Virus record (IMG/VR): IMGVR_UViG_3300013936_000015
Coordinates: 64,001-128,000 of that record
Direction: 5' to 3' (one strand)
DNA length: 64,000 nucleotides
From: a virus
Taxonomy: Duplodnaviria; Caudoviricetes
Shown here: piece by piece, positions 25,923-37,557 of the stretch
Position numbering within the stretch: the first letter of the stretch is position 1
How the letters are laid out: each line of letters opens with the position of its first letter
Made by a program: the position numbers and the translations under genes
The notes under the pieces: generated by a model
Database searches by the model: none
What the model saw: only the letters and a program-made list of their open reading frames with translations
Told to the model about the DNA's origin: nothing

Positions 25923-28214
25923 TTATTTAAATATAGAAGAGCGAAACCCGAGAAGCGACCAGGAGACCAGAAGAGAATGGTCAGAGCTGAAATGAAACAA
26001 CCCAGCATCAGACCAAGAGTCAACGCCACCGCCCACCAGGCAGCTTCTAAGGTCCTCATCTGCTGTACCTACATAGTGATAATCACACAAACCTGTAGTA
26101 GTAGAGCCTTTAATGTCTATTGGGAAAATATTGCCCTCTGATCCTAAATCCATTTGAGTTGAATAGCCTGCCTAATGCAGTTCTTTTCCCACCTAATCCA
26201 TTGTTTTCATTGAGGTTCTATCATGCTCACTTCCGTCCGATTTACAGTACTTGTCAGGATCTCTCGTAGCATATACTGTATTATAAGAGCCTCCAGATTC
26301 ATTTGAAGCGTCAATAACAATTCCATCAAGATTAAGACTAACATCTCCAAATAAATTTTCATACCCTCTCCATTTAAATGGATATTCAGTATCTGCCGGA
26401 TAACTTAATTCTGTTGTTGTAGAACTGTCACAAAATACCGTGATATTACAACTTGTCTTGTCTGGATCAACTATATTATAACCTCCAGCATCTTTTATAT
26501 ATGTAAATCCCTCAATCTATATTCTAAACCCATTAAGAGTTATTGTTTGAGGAGTTTCTTGATTATCTTTTGTGAAAGTAATCTTATTAGTACTTGACTC
26601 CTATATTATCACTTTCTAATCATCTACCAGACCAGTAACATGAAAAGTAGCTTCTCCACTTCCATAAATAGCAGAATAACCCCAATAAGCATTTGGTCCA
26701 TATACATTCGTACAAGTAACTGACTGCCCATCAGAAGAAACTTTCCAACTACTAGAATAATCTAGTAATATCTTACTAGTAACAGAGGGCTGGTGATAAT
26801 ATCGTCCAATAGCATCTCTATTACCAAAATATATTTTCTATGTACTAACAGTAAATGCTGGAAGTTCTAATTTTTTAATATTAGTAGTACTGCCTAAATC
26901 ATCTAAATATCCATTAGGACATACAGAATAATAATTATTATATGATAATGGGTTATTTACAGTAGTAACTCCCATTCCCATTCCTCCTTGATGCAGTCCA
27001 CCTGCTGTAAGAGTAGATTTAAAACCAGCTTGAGAATTAAAAGTGGCATATTCAATCACCCATAACCAAACAATATCTTTATAGTTATAATAAGACATTA
27101 TTTCCATACCAGCATTTCTGCAATATGTTCTCATTATATTTCTATTGATAGCCGTTCTACATTTACCTAAGTCTGAACGGTATGGATCTGTTTTTAGATA
27201 TTTGTCATAATCAGTTCTATTGCCACCTCCTCTACAATAGGTACTTGTATTATTAATACTGACTGCTGAATTTACTGGTAAGGTACTTAAATACCCCATA
27301 TTTTTAGGTACAGTGTTTAATACTGTAATTCTGTATGCACTATCATATCTTGATGGTACTAAAGTCCATTCATTACCGAGATTCTCCTAAGCAATCTTTA
27401 CTTGATTATATGTATTATCTCCATCTTCCACATTAGTTTCACTTAGAATATAATACTGTGGTATATCTAACATTACTTGTCCATCATATCCTGATAAATC
27501 GGATCCTAAATAACACGTGAATGGAGTGTTAAAGACACCAGAAGTTTCCAGACTGGCTTCTACATTCATTCTAATAAATTTATCTGAAGTAGTAGCTGAA
27601 TCTAGAATAACTACCTCTGTAATCTTAAATGGTTGTTTAGTATCAAAATTATCTTTAATTTGAATCCAGTGATCAACTAATCGATTTTCAGCTTGTTCTA
27701 AATTAGAGATGTCTGAAAAGTTCTTTATATTGACGCTAACCTGTCCAGAAGCTGTTCCATTACTATATGTAATCTCTCCAGTCCCTTTAATCTCTGTGGC
27801 ATTTTTTCTGAATCTCCAATCTTTAGGATCTAAGTCATACATTTTTGTCTTAGAAGATTTAGTAGACTGGACAATACAAGCCTTTATCTAAGATTGGATA
27901 GGTAATTCTCTATGATAGTCAAAATTACCGATCCTTTCAAGAGTAGGATCTTTATATGTAGTAGACCATCTTACTCCATACCATTTATATACTACTGGTG
28001 GAGAATATGTTTTCCATATTGGCTTAGTTCCATCTGATTGTAAAAACAACCCATTACCACCTTCATAACCAGAAGGGACAAATAAAAAGTCTTTCCCCTG
28101 TGTTTTTATTTCTTCATATCCATTTTCTGAAACAAAAGCAATATCGGTGTCTTTAACATCTGTTTTAGTATTTAATCCAGATTTTGTTTTTGCATTTATA
28201 AGTCTTATAGCCAT
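25923..28214 (-). CDS. DGR target: fiber/receptor-binding protein with a C-terminal C-type-lectin-like fold (763 aa, TAG=Gln)
   Basis: Four track fragments in one frame. WYGVRW, GQVMLDIP, WLWVIEYATFNSQ, WRGMENLFG motifs and a C-terminal VR ending GFR. Confidence 0.85.
25937..26039 (-). repeat. DGR variable repeat (VR)
   Basis: 3' end of the target gene, encoding LVGGGVDSWSDAGLFHFSSDHSLLVSWSLLGFRS. Confidence 0.95.
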
Positions 28215-28215
28215 A

Positions 28216-28395
28216 TCAATCTACGTTTACCCAATATACATATGTAGCGTTTGTCTCTACACTTTTTAATTTATCTTTCTCGTCTTTAGTATAATCATTA
28301 GAAGATAAATCATAACCCTCTCTTTTATCTACCTTTTCCTTTATTTTATTAACAAGTGCTGTAGTACCACCTGTGCTTAAATAATTATATGCCAT
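28216..28395 (-). CDS. Small fiber adaptor protein (59 aa)
   Basis: MAYNYLSTGGTTALVNKIKEKVDKREGYDLSSNDYT..VYWVNVD; fills the gap exactly. Confidence 0.65.
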   Translation of the reverse strand: MAYNYLSTGGTTALVNKIKEKVDKREGYDLSSNDYTKDEKDKLKSVETNATYVYWVNVD

Positions 28396-28396
28396 T

Positions 28397-29272
28397 TTAT
28401 GTTTTACCTAATTGAGTTATAATATTAACATAAGTTACACCATTATATGTAGCAGATATTTTTACACTCCGTGGATTAGTAGAAGTGTTATCAGACAGCC
28501 AAATATTCCAATAATTATCTGTACTAGTTACCCAATCGGGTTTACCATCAGGAAAGTCTAATACTCCCCAATTAGAAGAATACGCATCCTGCGGTTCTGA
28601 AGCTCCAGAGGTATAATAGCTCCAATTACCTACCGCTAATACTACTTCTGAACTAGCCCACCAGTCTTTATGTCCACCAAGTGATTCCATTTTATCGAAA
28701 TCCTTATAAACCTCACTATTACTTCCAAAATCCCAAGGAATATTAGATAAAGTAATTCCATCTTTTAATGGATAATCAAACTAAATGTCAATCCCATGAG
28801 TAACTTTCTCTAATTTGTTTTCTTCTTGAGATACTGAAATAGTTCCAGATGATTTATTCCCAAAATAATCAGTAATATTAACTAATAGGCTTACAGACCT
28901 TTCTTTTCCAATAACAGTTCCCCTATTATTAATATGTAAATTACCTTTTTCTAAAGTAATCCAATCTGGAATATCAGATATTTCTATATCTTTATATGAT
29001 TTTATATATGGAAATGTATTTACATTTAATGTAGTAACATCAATAGTTGGATTTTTTAAATATTCTATATCTGCAATATATTTATTAGAATACTCTGGAA
29101 TACTATATATAGAAGTCTATCCTCCTACTGCAGAAAAGGTAAAAGTAGACTATATAAATTTCAACTAATCACTTGTTATAATTGGATATAACGGCTGTAT
29201 GGAATATCCAGAAGACCATATCTGTTTATTATAATAAATATCATTTACTTGCTTGTCACCAATATATATCAT
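28397..29272 (-). CDS. BACON-like domain fiber protein (291 aa, TAG=Gln)
   Basis: Two PDW[IV]T..N....R....[IV].Q Ig-like repeats. Confidence 0.65.
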
Positions 29273-29490
29273 ACTGTTACCAAATAAATAGTATTCTTGT
29301 CCTTAGTAGCTAAAGCATTGTATTCCGATTGAGATATCTGTACTATTTTTAAACTAGAATTATTATTAGTAAGAGCATTTAATCTCTCAGATAATGATGT
29401 AATTGTAGTATTAAGAGTTGTAATCTATTTCTATAAATTTTTAATCTCCTCTGCCAACGCTTCAGTTCCTTTTAAACCCAAATATTTCAT
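29269..29490 (-). CDS. Small coiled-coil fiber adaptor (73 aa, TAG=Gln)
   Basis: MKYLGLKGTEALAEEIK..QISQSEYNALATKDKNTIYLV. Confidence 0.65.
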
Positions 29491-29501
29491 ATTTTTATAT
29501 A

Positions 29502-29541
29502 AAAAAAAGAGTACCCCCTTATAAAGGGGGTATTCTCTTTT
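29502..29541 (-). terminator. Intrinsic terminator
   Basis: aaaagagtaccccctt/aagggggtattctctttt stem with A/T runs on both sides. Confidence 0.75.
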
Positions 29542-30392
29542 TAAGCAAACATTGCAGTTACATCAGCGGCGGTAATTTCAACCATATCGTCTTTTGCCAC
29601 CTTAGTTGCAATAGCATCAGTATTAGCTTTTTCAGCAGCTTTTGCACGAGTAATTTCAGCAGCGAGATCGTCTGCATTACCCTTAATAGTGTGAGTAGGA
29701 GTCTATCCGGGATCCTCACCATAAATAGAGTTGATAGCAGAACGTCTATTAGTTACCTCTTCACCTACTTCAGTGTCAGTATACTCCTTAGCTTCTGCCA
29801 AACTATCGGTAATGGCTTTTGCATTAGCTGCTTCTGCAGCTTTTGCTCTAGTAACCTCGTTATCAATATTTGTCTGAAGTGTAGTATCTGCAGCTGTTCT
29901 ATCTTTAACCTCTTGTGCTAAATCACTAGACACTGTATTAACAGAAGTAGTAAGAGTTCCCTCTGCCTTTGTAGCACGAGTAGTTTCTGCAGTAATAGCA
30001 TCAGCATTCGCCTTTTCTGCCGCTTCTGCACGAGTCTTCTCTGCACCTACTTGTTTATCAGTATATGCCTTAGCATCCGCAAGTGCCTGATCACTAGTAT
30101 AAACAGCTTTCCAACCGTCAGCAGTCTTTCTACTCTCCCAATTTATTAATTGATAATAAGCACCATTTCCGTTCCCATCGGCATCAAGAACATACCATCT
30201 CTGACCAAGAGCATCATTATTGGTGTTCTTACCATCAATAGAAAGCTGCCAATCAAAAAGGCCATAAAGGGCTTCAAGATTACTTACTGATTTGTGACTA
30301 ATTACCTCATCTGCATATACAATACCATATCCAGTAGATGTAAGGTTATTTGAACGTAGGGTATTTGCCTAACTTAAACCAATTCTTGCCAT
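29541..30392 (-). CDS. Coiled-coil fiber protein (283 aa, TAG=Gln)
   Basis: Repeated E..RA.AAE heptads; TAG at codon 8. Confidence 0.75.
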
Positions 30393-30426
30393 ATTATTTA
30401 TATTTCTTTTTAAAGGTTAATAATTA

Positions 30427-31614
30427 TTATGCAATATCTAATTTAGCGTTAGTAAATGCGCCTTTCTTAACACTGGTGTATACATAGTATGTATCAGAAG
30501 CACCGGTATCTGGATCAGTAACAGTATGTTCTGACCGAGTGAAACCATCAGCAAGCAATGGGGTGGCATCATTCTGAACAATCTTTGTAAGAGCACCAAG
30601 ACTCTTTGGATATGCATATACAAAATACTCATCTGATGCTACAGTTAAACCTGTAATTACTCTATTTCGACCGCTTCCAGTCTCATACTTCTTTGTACCA
30701 GATGAGGGAGTAGTAATAGCATCAAGCAATATAGCATCAGTAAAAGAAGTTGTTCCCATCCAAAGTCTCTTATAAACAAAAGAAACACCTACAGATTTAG
30801 AAGTAGTATCAACATCAGAACCAGAAGCCCATTTGATAATGCCATTATTATTTACAAGTCCCTGCTTTGGAGCTTTTACACTAGCTGTAATAGTAGTATT
30901 GCCTGTTACTGTAGTAGTATATGCAGAAGAAAGAACTCCAGATGCAGGAAGAGCTGCACTACCCCAATTACCGCCATTCATAGCAGTAGGATCCTTGTGA
31001 TTATCATCATGAGTCCATTTCATACACCCATTAAAGGTTACTTTGTAACCCTTTAAGACAGAAATGCTTCCTGTGCCACCAAGGCCCTCTACAACAGCAC
31101 CCTTTTCACCGGCCTTATTGACAGTCCATAAAGATGAACTACCATCAACAGGGACAATAGAAGGAGTAACAAGTGGAAGGTCTCCATTTTTAATAGCATC
31201 GATATCCTTTCTGTTTGCAGCTCCCTTATCTCCAGCATAAGCTGTAGAAGTTGTTTCTCCAAGAGCAAGAGACTTACTAATCTCAATTAAATCAGAACCA
31301 GACCATCTATAGGTAAGCTCTGTGTCTTTAGTAACATAAATCTTACCACTTTCGGGAGTAGTCTTTGTCCAAGTCTTACCGTCAACAACGAACTGATATA
31401 ATTGCTTTTTATCTGAGATATAGTACAACATACTGGCATCCCGATTATCTGTAGGAAGTTCTGACTCTTTAATAATACTAGTAATCTCGATTACATCATC
31501 CACATAACTAGGAAGCTGGTTGGCAGGAACTAATCCATCCACAAGATCTGCTTTTCCTTTAATTCTATTTACCAACTCCTATGTACCTGCTTCGCCTAAA
31601 AATTTATAAGCCAT
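30427..31614 (-). CDS. Fiber/head-fiber-like structural protein (395 aa)
   Basis: GLVPANQLPSYVDDV..YRWSGS..ISKSLALGET motif; single TAG at codon 12. Confidence 0.75.
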
Positions 31615-31640
31615 AATTATTAATGATAAATTTTTTATTT

Positions 31641-31844
31641 TTAAAACATCTCTTTTACTTCATCTGCTGTTATCTCTCCTAACTATTCTAATATCTTATT
31701 TAATTCTGATGCGTCAGGGATTGAAATAGATCCCTATAAAGGCTCTCCTTTATATACTAGCTGATAACTAGTAGACCCATCAGAAGAACTTATCTTCTTA
31801 AAGTACAAACCTTTAAGAATATGTTTATCAATGCAACATTTCAT
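31641..31844 (-). CDS. Small adaptor protein (67 aa, TAG=Gln)
   Basis: ATG to TAA in frame; ends EITADEVKEMF. Confidence 0.55.
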
Positions 31845-32006
31845 ATATAGTCTTTATTTAAATAATATTCCATTAATAACCTTTGATTATCTAATAGAGG
31901 ATATAAATCAAGATAATTAATTTCATCCATTATTAATGAATATTCATCTTGATACCCTCTTTCTAGTCTTGTAAAGAAATGTAGATATTCTTTAATAACT
32001 TTCTAT

Positions 32007-32771
32007 TTAAGACTGTCTATTACATCCGCATCCAGAAGATCCTGTGTCGGACTAGTCTGATGAATTACAGAATCCTCCACAATAGTTGATTCTTTCTAAC
32101 AGCCTCTGAGCTTCTAATAACTAGTCATTGTCTACATAATATTTAATAGCATTAATAGTCATCCAAACAAAATCCCTCTTAAATCTAATATCATCTAAAT
32201 TAGTTTTAGAAGGACACTTCATATTAATGCTGTCGAAAATAGTCTTGCTTAATTTTAAATAACATTCAAATATCTAACAAATAGAAAACTATTCTATAGA
32301 TATTCTAGATATAGTAGTACCTTCCTAGTTTATCTAAGTAAGAATAGAAGGCTCAACAGATACTAACTTGCTATCTTGCCAATGATATATGCAATTACCA
32401 TCGGTAACATAAATAGAAAGATTCTTAGTAGTAATATTATTATCTTTCTATAATTGTGTTTCTAACCAGTCAACAGTAGGTAAAATAAGATGATGAATTA
32501 TATAATATCCATCAGAGGGAAATGTATAAAAAGCCTCATCCTCATTATCTGTATGCCCAGAATAAATAGTACCAGTTATTGTAGATTTTTCAGTAGTTAC
32601 TTTCTCTATAATGTTAATAGTATAAGTGTCACTGTATTTATATACATTCTCCTAATACTGTTCTGTCGTTACTTCCTAATCTTCAGCTATATATTCTGAA
32701 GTTTTTCGAGAAGTATCAATTATATGTAAACCACATTTCTAAGTTTCATGTATTTCTATCTGAGGTATCAT
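32007..32771 (-). CDS. Conserved Cys-containing tail-hub-like protein (254 aa, TAG=Gln)
   Basis: RDFVWMTINAIKY..EAQRLLERINYCGGFC..GCGC C-terminus. Confidence 0.65.
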
Positions 32772-33916
32772 TTTGTAGAAGTGATAGTTGTTGACATATT
32801 TGTAAATTCTATCATAAAGGTCTTTCCTTTATCTACTAACCAAGCATCGAATTTAAGATTCTTTGCCGCATTTATCTATGATTGTGACATATTACATACT
32901 ATAGTCTCACTTACATCAGCAATATAATCGTAGTTACTATCCATTGGACGGCATACAGCTAGAACACTTCCCTGAGTTTTCCATACATATCCGTACCAAT
33001 GATGTGTGGGTAGAGAGCTGTCATATATAAAACCTATTTTTTGATTTGTAGCTCCGCCAACACTTAAATTATTCCAACACCCTTCATAGGCATATGCTCT
33101 GTTAGATCCAGATACCTAATCAGACTTCTAAACAGGTTCTAGATAACCGGTAGATGCTATAATAGTTCTAGTTCCTTTGTCATGAGTTAAATTTGTAATT
33201 ATGTTTCCCTTATCATCTTTAATTACTTTATTGATTATGCCTAGTTTAGATAATGTTTTAGAAGTAACTTCAATATTTGTCTTATTTTTCCCAACAGAAA
33301 CTACAATTGAAGGATCTGTACTTTCAATATCATTTACTGAAGTATTTGTAATCTGGCTTACAGTCTCTATTTTGTCATTAAGATGTGATTCAAGATCTGT
33401 AATATCTGATATTGGATGTGTGTGTTGTTTTACAGCATAATTATTTGATAAGTATTCTGCAGTAGTAAGTACTCCAATAGAATCAAAATCTCCAGTAACC
33501 TCTTCCATAGAAGTTCCATTATAGATATAGAACTTTCCAGTAGTTTTATTCCTATAAAGTATATTCTAGTAAGGCTTTATATTCTCGTCCTACCATATAT
33601 CATCATTACCCCATACATTTACATACTATGGAGTAGAAGTAGTCTCACCAAATCTAATTACAAAATAATTATTTTTTATGCTAAAATATACATTATCACT
33701 TGTTACAGTTTTTGGTACACCTACTTGTAAAATATTACTACTTGATATATCCTCTTTATATTCTACAATATAAGATCCTGAAACAGAATATAACTACCCA
33801 TGAGTCCATATCTATTTTGCATCCTTAATAAATATTATTGAGTCATCATTTAAACTTCCCGCATCTAAAGCAGTCTTAAACTCAGAATATTTATTGTAAT
33901 GTATAAAATTTACCAT
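32768..33916 (-). CDS. Tail fiber-like protein (382 aa, TAG=Gln)
   Basis: MVNFIHYNK..SIIFIKDAKQIWTHG N-terminus and HTHPISDITDL fiber motif. Confidence 0.65.
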
Positions 33917-33931
33917 ACATATTAATTTTAT

Positions 33932-33972
33932 AAAAATGGATTGGAGAAAAATCCCTCCCCCAATCCATTTTT
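33932..33972 (-). terminator. Intrinsic terminator-like hairpin
   Basis: aaaaatggattgg..ccaatccattttt inverted repeat. Confidence 0.6.
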
Positions 33973-33985
33973 AAAGTATAAAATA

Positions 33986-35191
33986 TTATAATTCAGTCCA
34001 AGTCATAGCTTGATTAATCTAGCTTCCTACATATTCTTTTGTAGCTTTTGAAGTAATTAGACCTCTAGTACTGTTAACCTATCCTGCATCATCCACAATA
34101 GTACCTCCTAATGTGATACTTCCTCCACTAGCAGTTAAAGTAAGAAAAGTAGCATTAGAACTTGCTGAAATTGATCCCAGTTTTTTGTCTTGTAAATATC
34201 TAGTTCTCTTATCTAACTCTGATACAGCGTCCTAGACACTTGCATTAGTCTTTATTGTTGTTATACCAGCTGCCCCAACAGGAGTATAATCAACTAAATT
34301 TACATTTTTACCGTTATAGACAGTTCCTATTAATCCAGATAAAGATACAGTAATCGGATCCTTTCCAGCATCAGTATTAAATGTAAGAGTGAGATCTTTA
34401 GTTGTTGGATCAAATGAAGCACTACTAAGCATACCATCTTTAATAAAACGGCTTGCATCAATAGAAGATATAACTGCTCCATCAATTCCCAAAATCTAAA
34501 GAGTCTTTTCTTCTGAATCATAATTAAGAGAAAGAGTAGAAGAAAGCTCACCATCAGTTAAGCTTATCGCTTTTTCATCTGTAGATACTCCAGTTACAGG
34601 AAGAGATACAGTACCGGTTAATCCTCTAGTAGTTTGACTAAATTTTACATTACCATCAGTAGTTGTATTTAATGATATGGTCTCAAGATTGCCCTTTGAA
34701 TTTTTTTTGACAGAAATAGCTCCTGAACCAGTAAGACTATTAATCTAAGTAATATTATTTTCTACTGTAGCAATACTATTCAACGCTGTCTATACTCCTT
34801 TAATAGTAATATCCGTACCATTCCATTTGACAGTTCCAATTGAATCTCCCTCCTCTACACTAGGAGAGCTTATATAGACACTATTATCGTTAATAGATAC
34901 ACTAGTACCACCACCACTAGTAAATTTTAGAACACCTCCCGGAATTGTAGTCTCTGCAGTAGTACCACCTGCAGAAACACTGCTAAAATATTTTAAAGAG
35001 CCTACCTTGTCAACAAGATTTTTTAACTTAGTTTCCTATTCTACTGAAATAGAATAAAAAGTACCATGTGTAAAAATCTCTCTACTATCTTGAATAAAAA
35101 CTATACTGTTTGCATACTATTTCTATAGTGCTTCAGAAAAAGTTTCTTTCTTTGCAATGTGTACAAAATTTACGTTTGCTGAATCTGCCAT
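33986..35191 (-). CDS. Tail fiber-like protein (401 aa, TAG=Gln)
   Basis: SIVFIQDSREIFTHG N-terminus; IDASRFIKDGML..LTFNTDAGK motif; ends MTWTEL. Confidence 0.65.
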
Positions 35192-35192
35192 A

Positions 35193-35984
35193 TTAATTAT
35201 TTAAATCCTTCCATTTTAAAGCTTCTTCAATCTAAGTATTAGCTATATTTGTAGCTGTATATTTCACAGATCCTTCTATCTTAACATCTCCATTTAATGT
35301 GTTTAAAGCATTAGATACTTTCTTTAATTCAGAAGTAGTATTGTCGAGAATTTGTAATTTAGGAATTAAACCATTCGTAGTATCATTAATACTAACACTA
35401 AAAGCAGACTTATAACTACTAGCAGTATCTGTTAAAGGTTTCAGTTCTGTTTTTGTTGCATACGTAGAAGATGCAGCTGTTGTAGTGAGATATGCAGATA
35501 AATCGGTAATTCCTGCAAGAGGATCCCAAGCTTCTCCATCCCAAGCAACATTAGTGCCAGCAGGATATTCTTTTTCACCTAAAGTGAATTTATCAGTCAC
35601 ATTATATACATCTCCAGTTCTAATAGTAGAAGTCTTAGAATTTGGTAATTCACTATATGTGCAAGAACCTTTATAAATGTATACATTTGTTAATTTAGAA
35701 ACATCTGGAATATCTCCACCAAAAGCAAGCTTTTTCCAATTACTTTCACTCTTATATGCTTCAAGATTACCACTGGTATATCCAGTAAGCATATAAACTC
35801 CTGCATTATCTCCAGTTAATACAGATACAACAATACCATTATACAGCCATATCTGCTTATCATCTCTTGTCCATGTCTCAGAATTTGTTAAATCAGCATA
35901 TTCATTTACTACAATTCTAGTATCAAGAGGTCCGGCCTTGCGTACATCTAGATTATTTGAAAATTTGAATCCTTTGTCTGCCAT
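35193..35984 (-). CDS. Fiber-associated protein (263 aa)
   Basis: GPLDTR and YKGS..LP..GDVYNV..AGTNVAWDG..WDPL motifs. Reads through TAG at 35232 and ends LKWKDLNN. Confidence 0.7.
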
Positions 35985-35988
35985 AATA

Positions 35989-37350
35989 TTAACGTGTATA
36001 AGTTATTTGATATGTTGCTGCGCCAGTTTTACTTCCAGTATTAACATAATAGTTATAGCCCAATAATCCATTCTAACCTCCCTATGAAAAAGAAGATATT
36101 GGATCATAATTTCCGCTTAAAGTATTAAGCATCTTAACTTTCACATCTGTGTAATATTTAGAAATAGCAAAAGCATGATGAGTACTGTCTGTTTCACTAC
36201 CAAGAGAAAATGTTAAAGTAACTTGCTCTGAAGACCCCCAACTAGTTGGTTTTACGCTCTTTGTACTTGTATCAATAACGAAAATACCTTTCTCTTGATC
36301 TTCAGTAAGAGCATAATATATGGGATATACACCATAGATATATAAGTTATTACTAACTACAGTTCCTCCGGAAAATGCATCTAAATCAGACGCTTCTCCC
36401 TTATTATTATCATACTTTGCTCCTGCAGCAAATGTTACCTCAGCTTGATATAGCATAGGGCCTTTTATAACCTTTGTATCTACGCCTGAGCCTAAAGATA
36501 GAGGATTTACTAAAAAATTTGTAGAATGATCTGTACCCTCATATACATTCTTATTAGAAACATCTCCAGCATATGCACCTATATTTACACCATTTAATGT
36601 TACCTATCCACTATCACCAGAAGGAACAAACAGTCCTTCATAATTAATCGTAGTACCTACCTTTTGGAAAGGATCAAATCCTTCTTTAAAAGATAATGTT
36701 GCTGAAGGTCGTTTACTTACAATAGGCTGAATTGTTGGGAAAAGTATTTGATCAAATACTTCAGAAACAGTTTTGCCACTTACGGAACTTACCTTAGTAC
36801 CTTTTGTAATTCCACCAACAGTGTAAGGTGCTTGGAAATCTTTATTCTCTGCACTGGTATACTCAATATTCAAACCTGCACCAGACAATGCACTTTCAAG
36901 CTGTTTAAGATTTGCACGATCTTTATCACTTACTACTATATCAGTAATATCAATTCTGATAGAATCAGCATCAAATACTGTACCAGTACTACCAGATATT
37001 TCACCACAGGTTTCTCCTTCAGCACACGCACCTCCAATCAGATCACCAACAGAGCCTACAGAACCTCCAATTACAGTTGGATCTGATTGTGTCGCTACCT
37101 AAGTAGATGTTGAAGATGCTGTGGACCAATTCTTATTCTTGCTGGCAATACCCTTTCCATAAAGAACAAGATATACCTTAGTAGTATTATCCTTAGTGGC
37201 TTTTATAATTTTAACATCCTCAACACCACTATAAGAAACACCATTAAGAACTACCGAATGAGTATCTGTGACAAAATACAGGTTATTATCCTCCCCAGTA
37301 ATTTTTTTATTTACATACTCTGCCTATGTACCTTTATAAAAATTAATCAT
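35989..37350 (-). CDS. Fiber-associated protein (453 aa, TAG=Gln)
   Basis: Fragments 36604-36888 and 36082-36456 are in frame; VGGITKGT..FDQILFP motif. Confidence 0.65.
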
Positions 37351-37354
37351 AATT

Positions 37355-37555
37355 TTATTCAGTTATTTGTTTCCAATTAAGTTCCATAGAGCTTGTAATC
37401 TCTTTGGTTTCACTCTTTGAATAAATATCTAAATTCTATCTAGCTTTAGATTTAGCTTCTTGTGTTTTAAATTCAGACAAATATTTCCCTATCTATAAAT
37501 ACCCCGAATTGTCAGATTCAGGCTTACAACGAGGGGTTAATACTAAATCTAACAT
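37355..37555 (-). CDS. Small adaptor protein (66 aa, TAG=Gln)
   Basis: YLSEFKTQEAKSKARQNLDI motif; ends LNWKQITE. Confidence 0.6.
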
Positions 37556-37557
37556 AA

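Noticed and set aside
31841-32032. Small ORF (DVIDSLKQKVIKEY..) overlapping the CGC end of the upstream gene
   Set aside because: Probably coding, but no ATG/GTG/TTG start was found, so its boundaries are unsupported.
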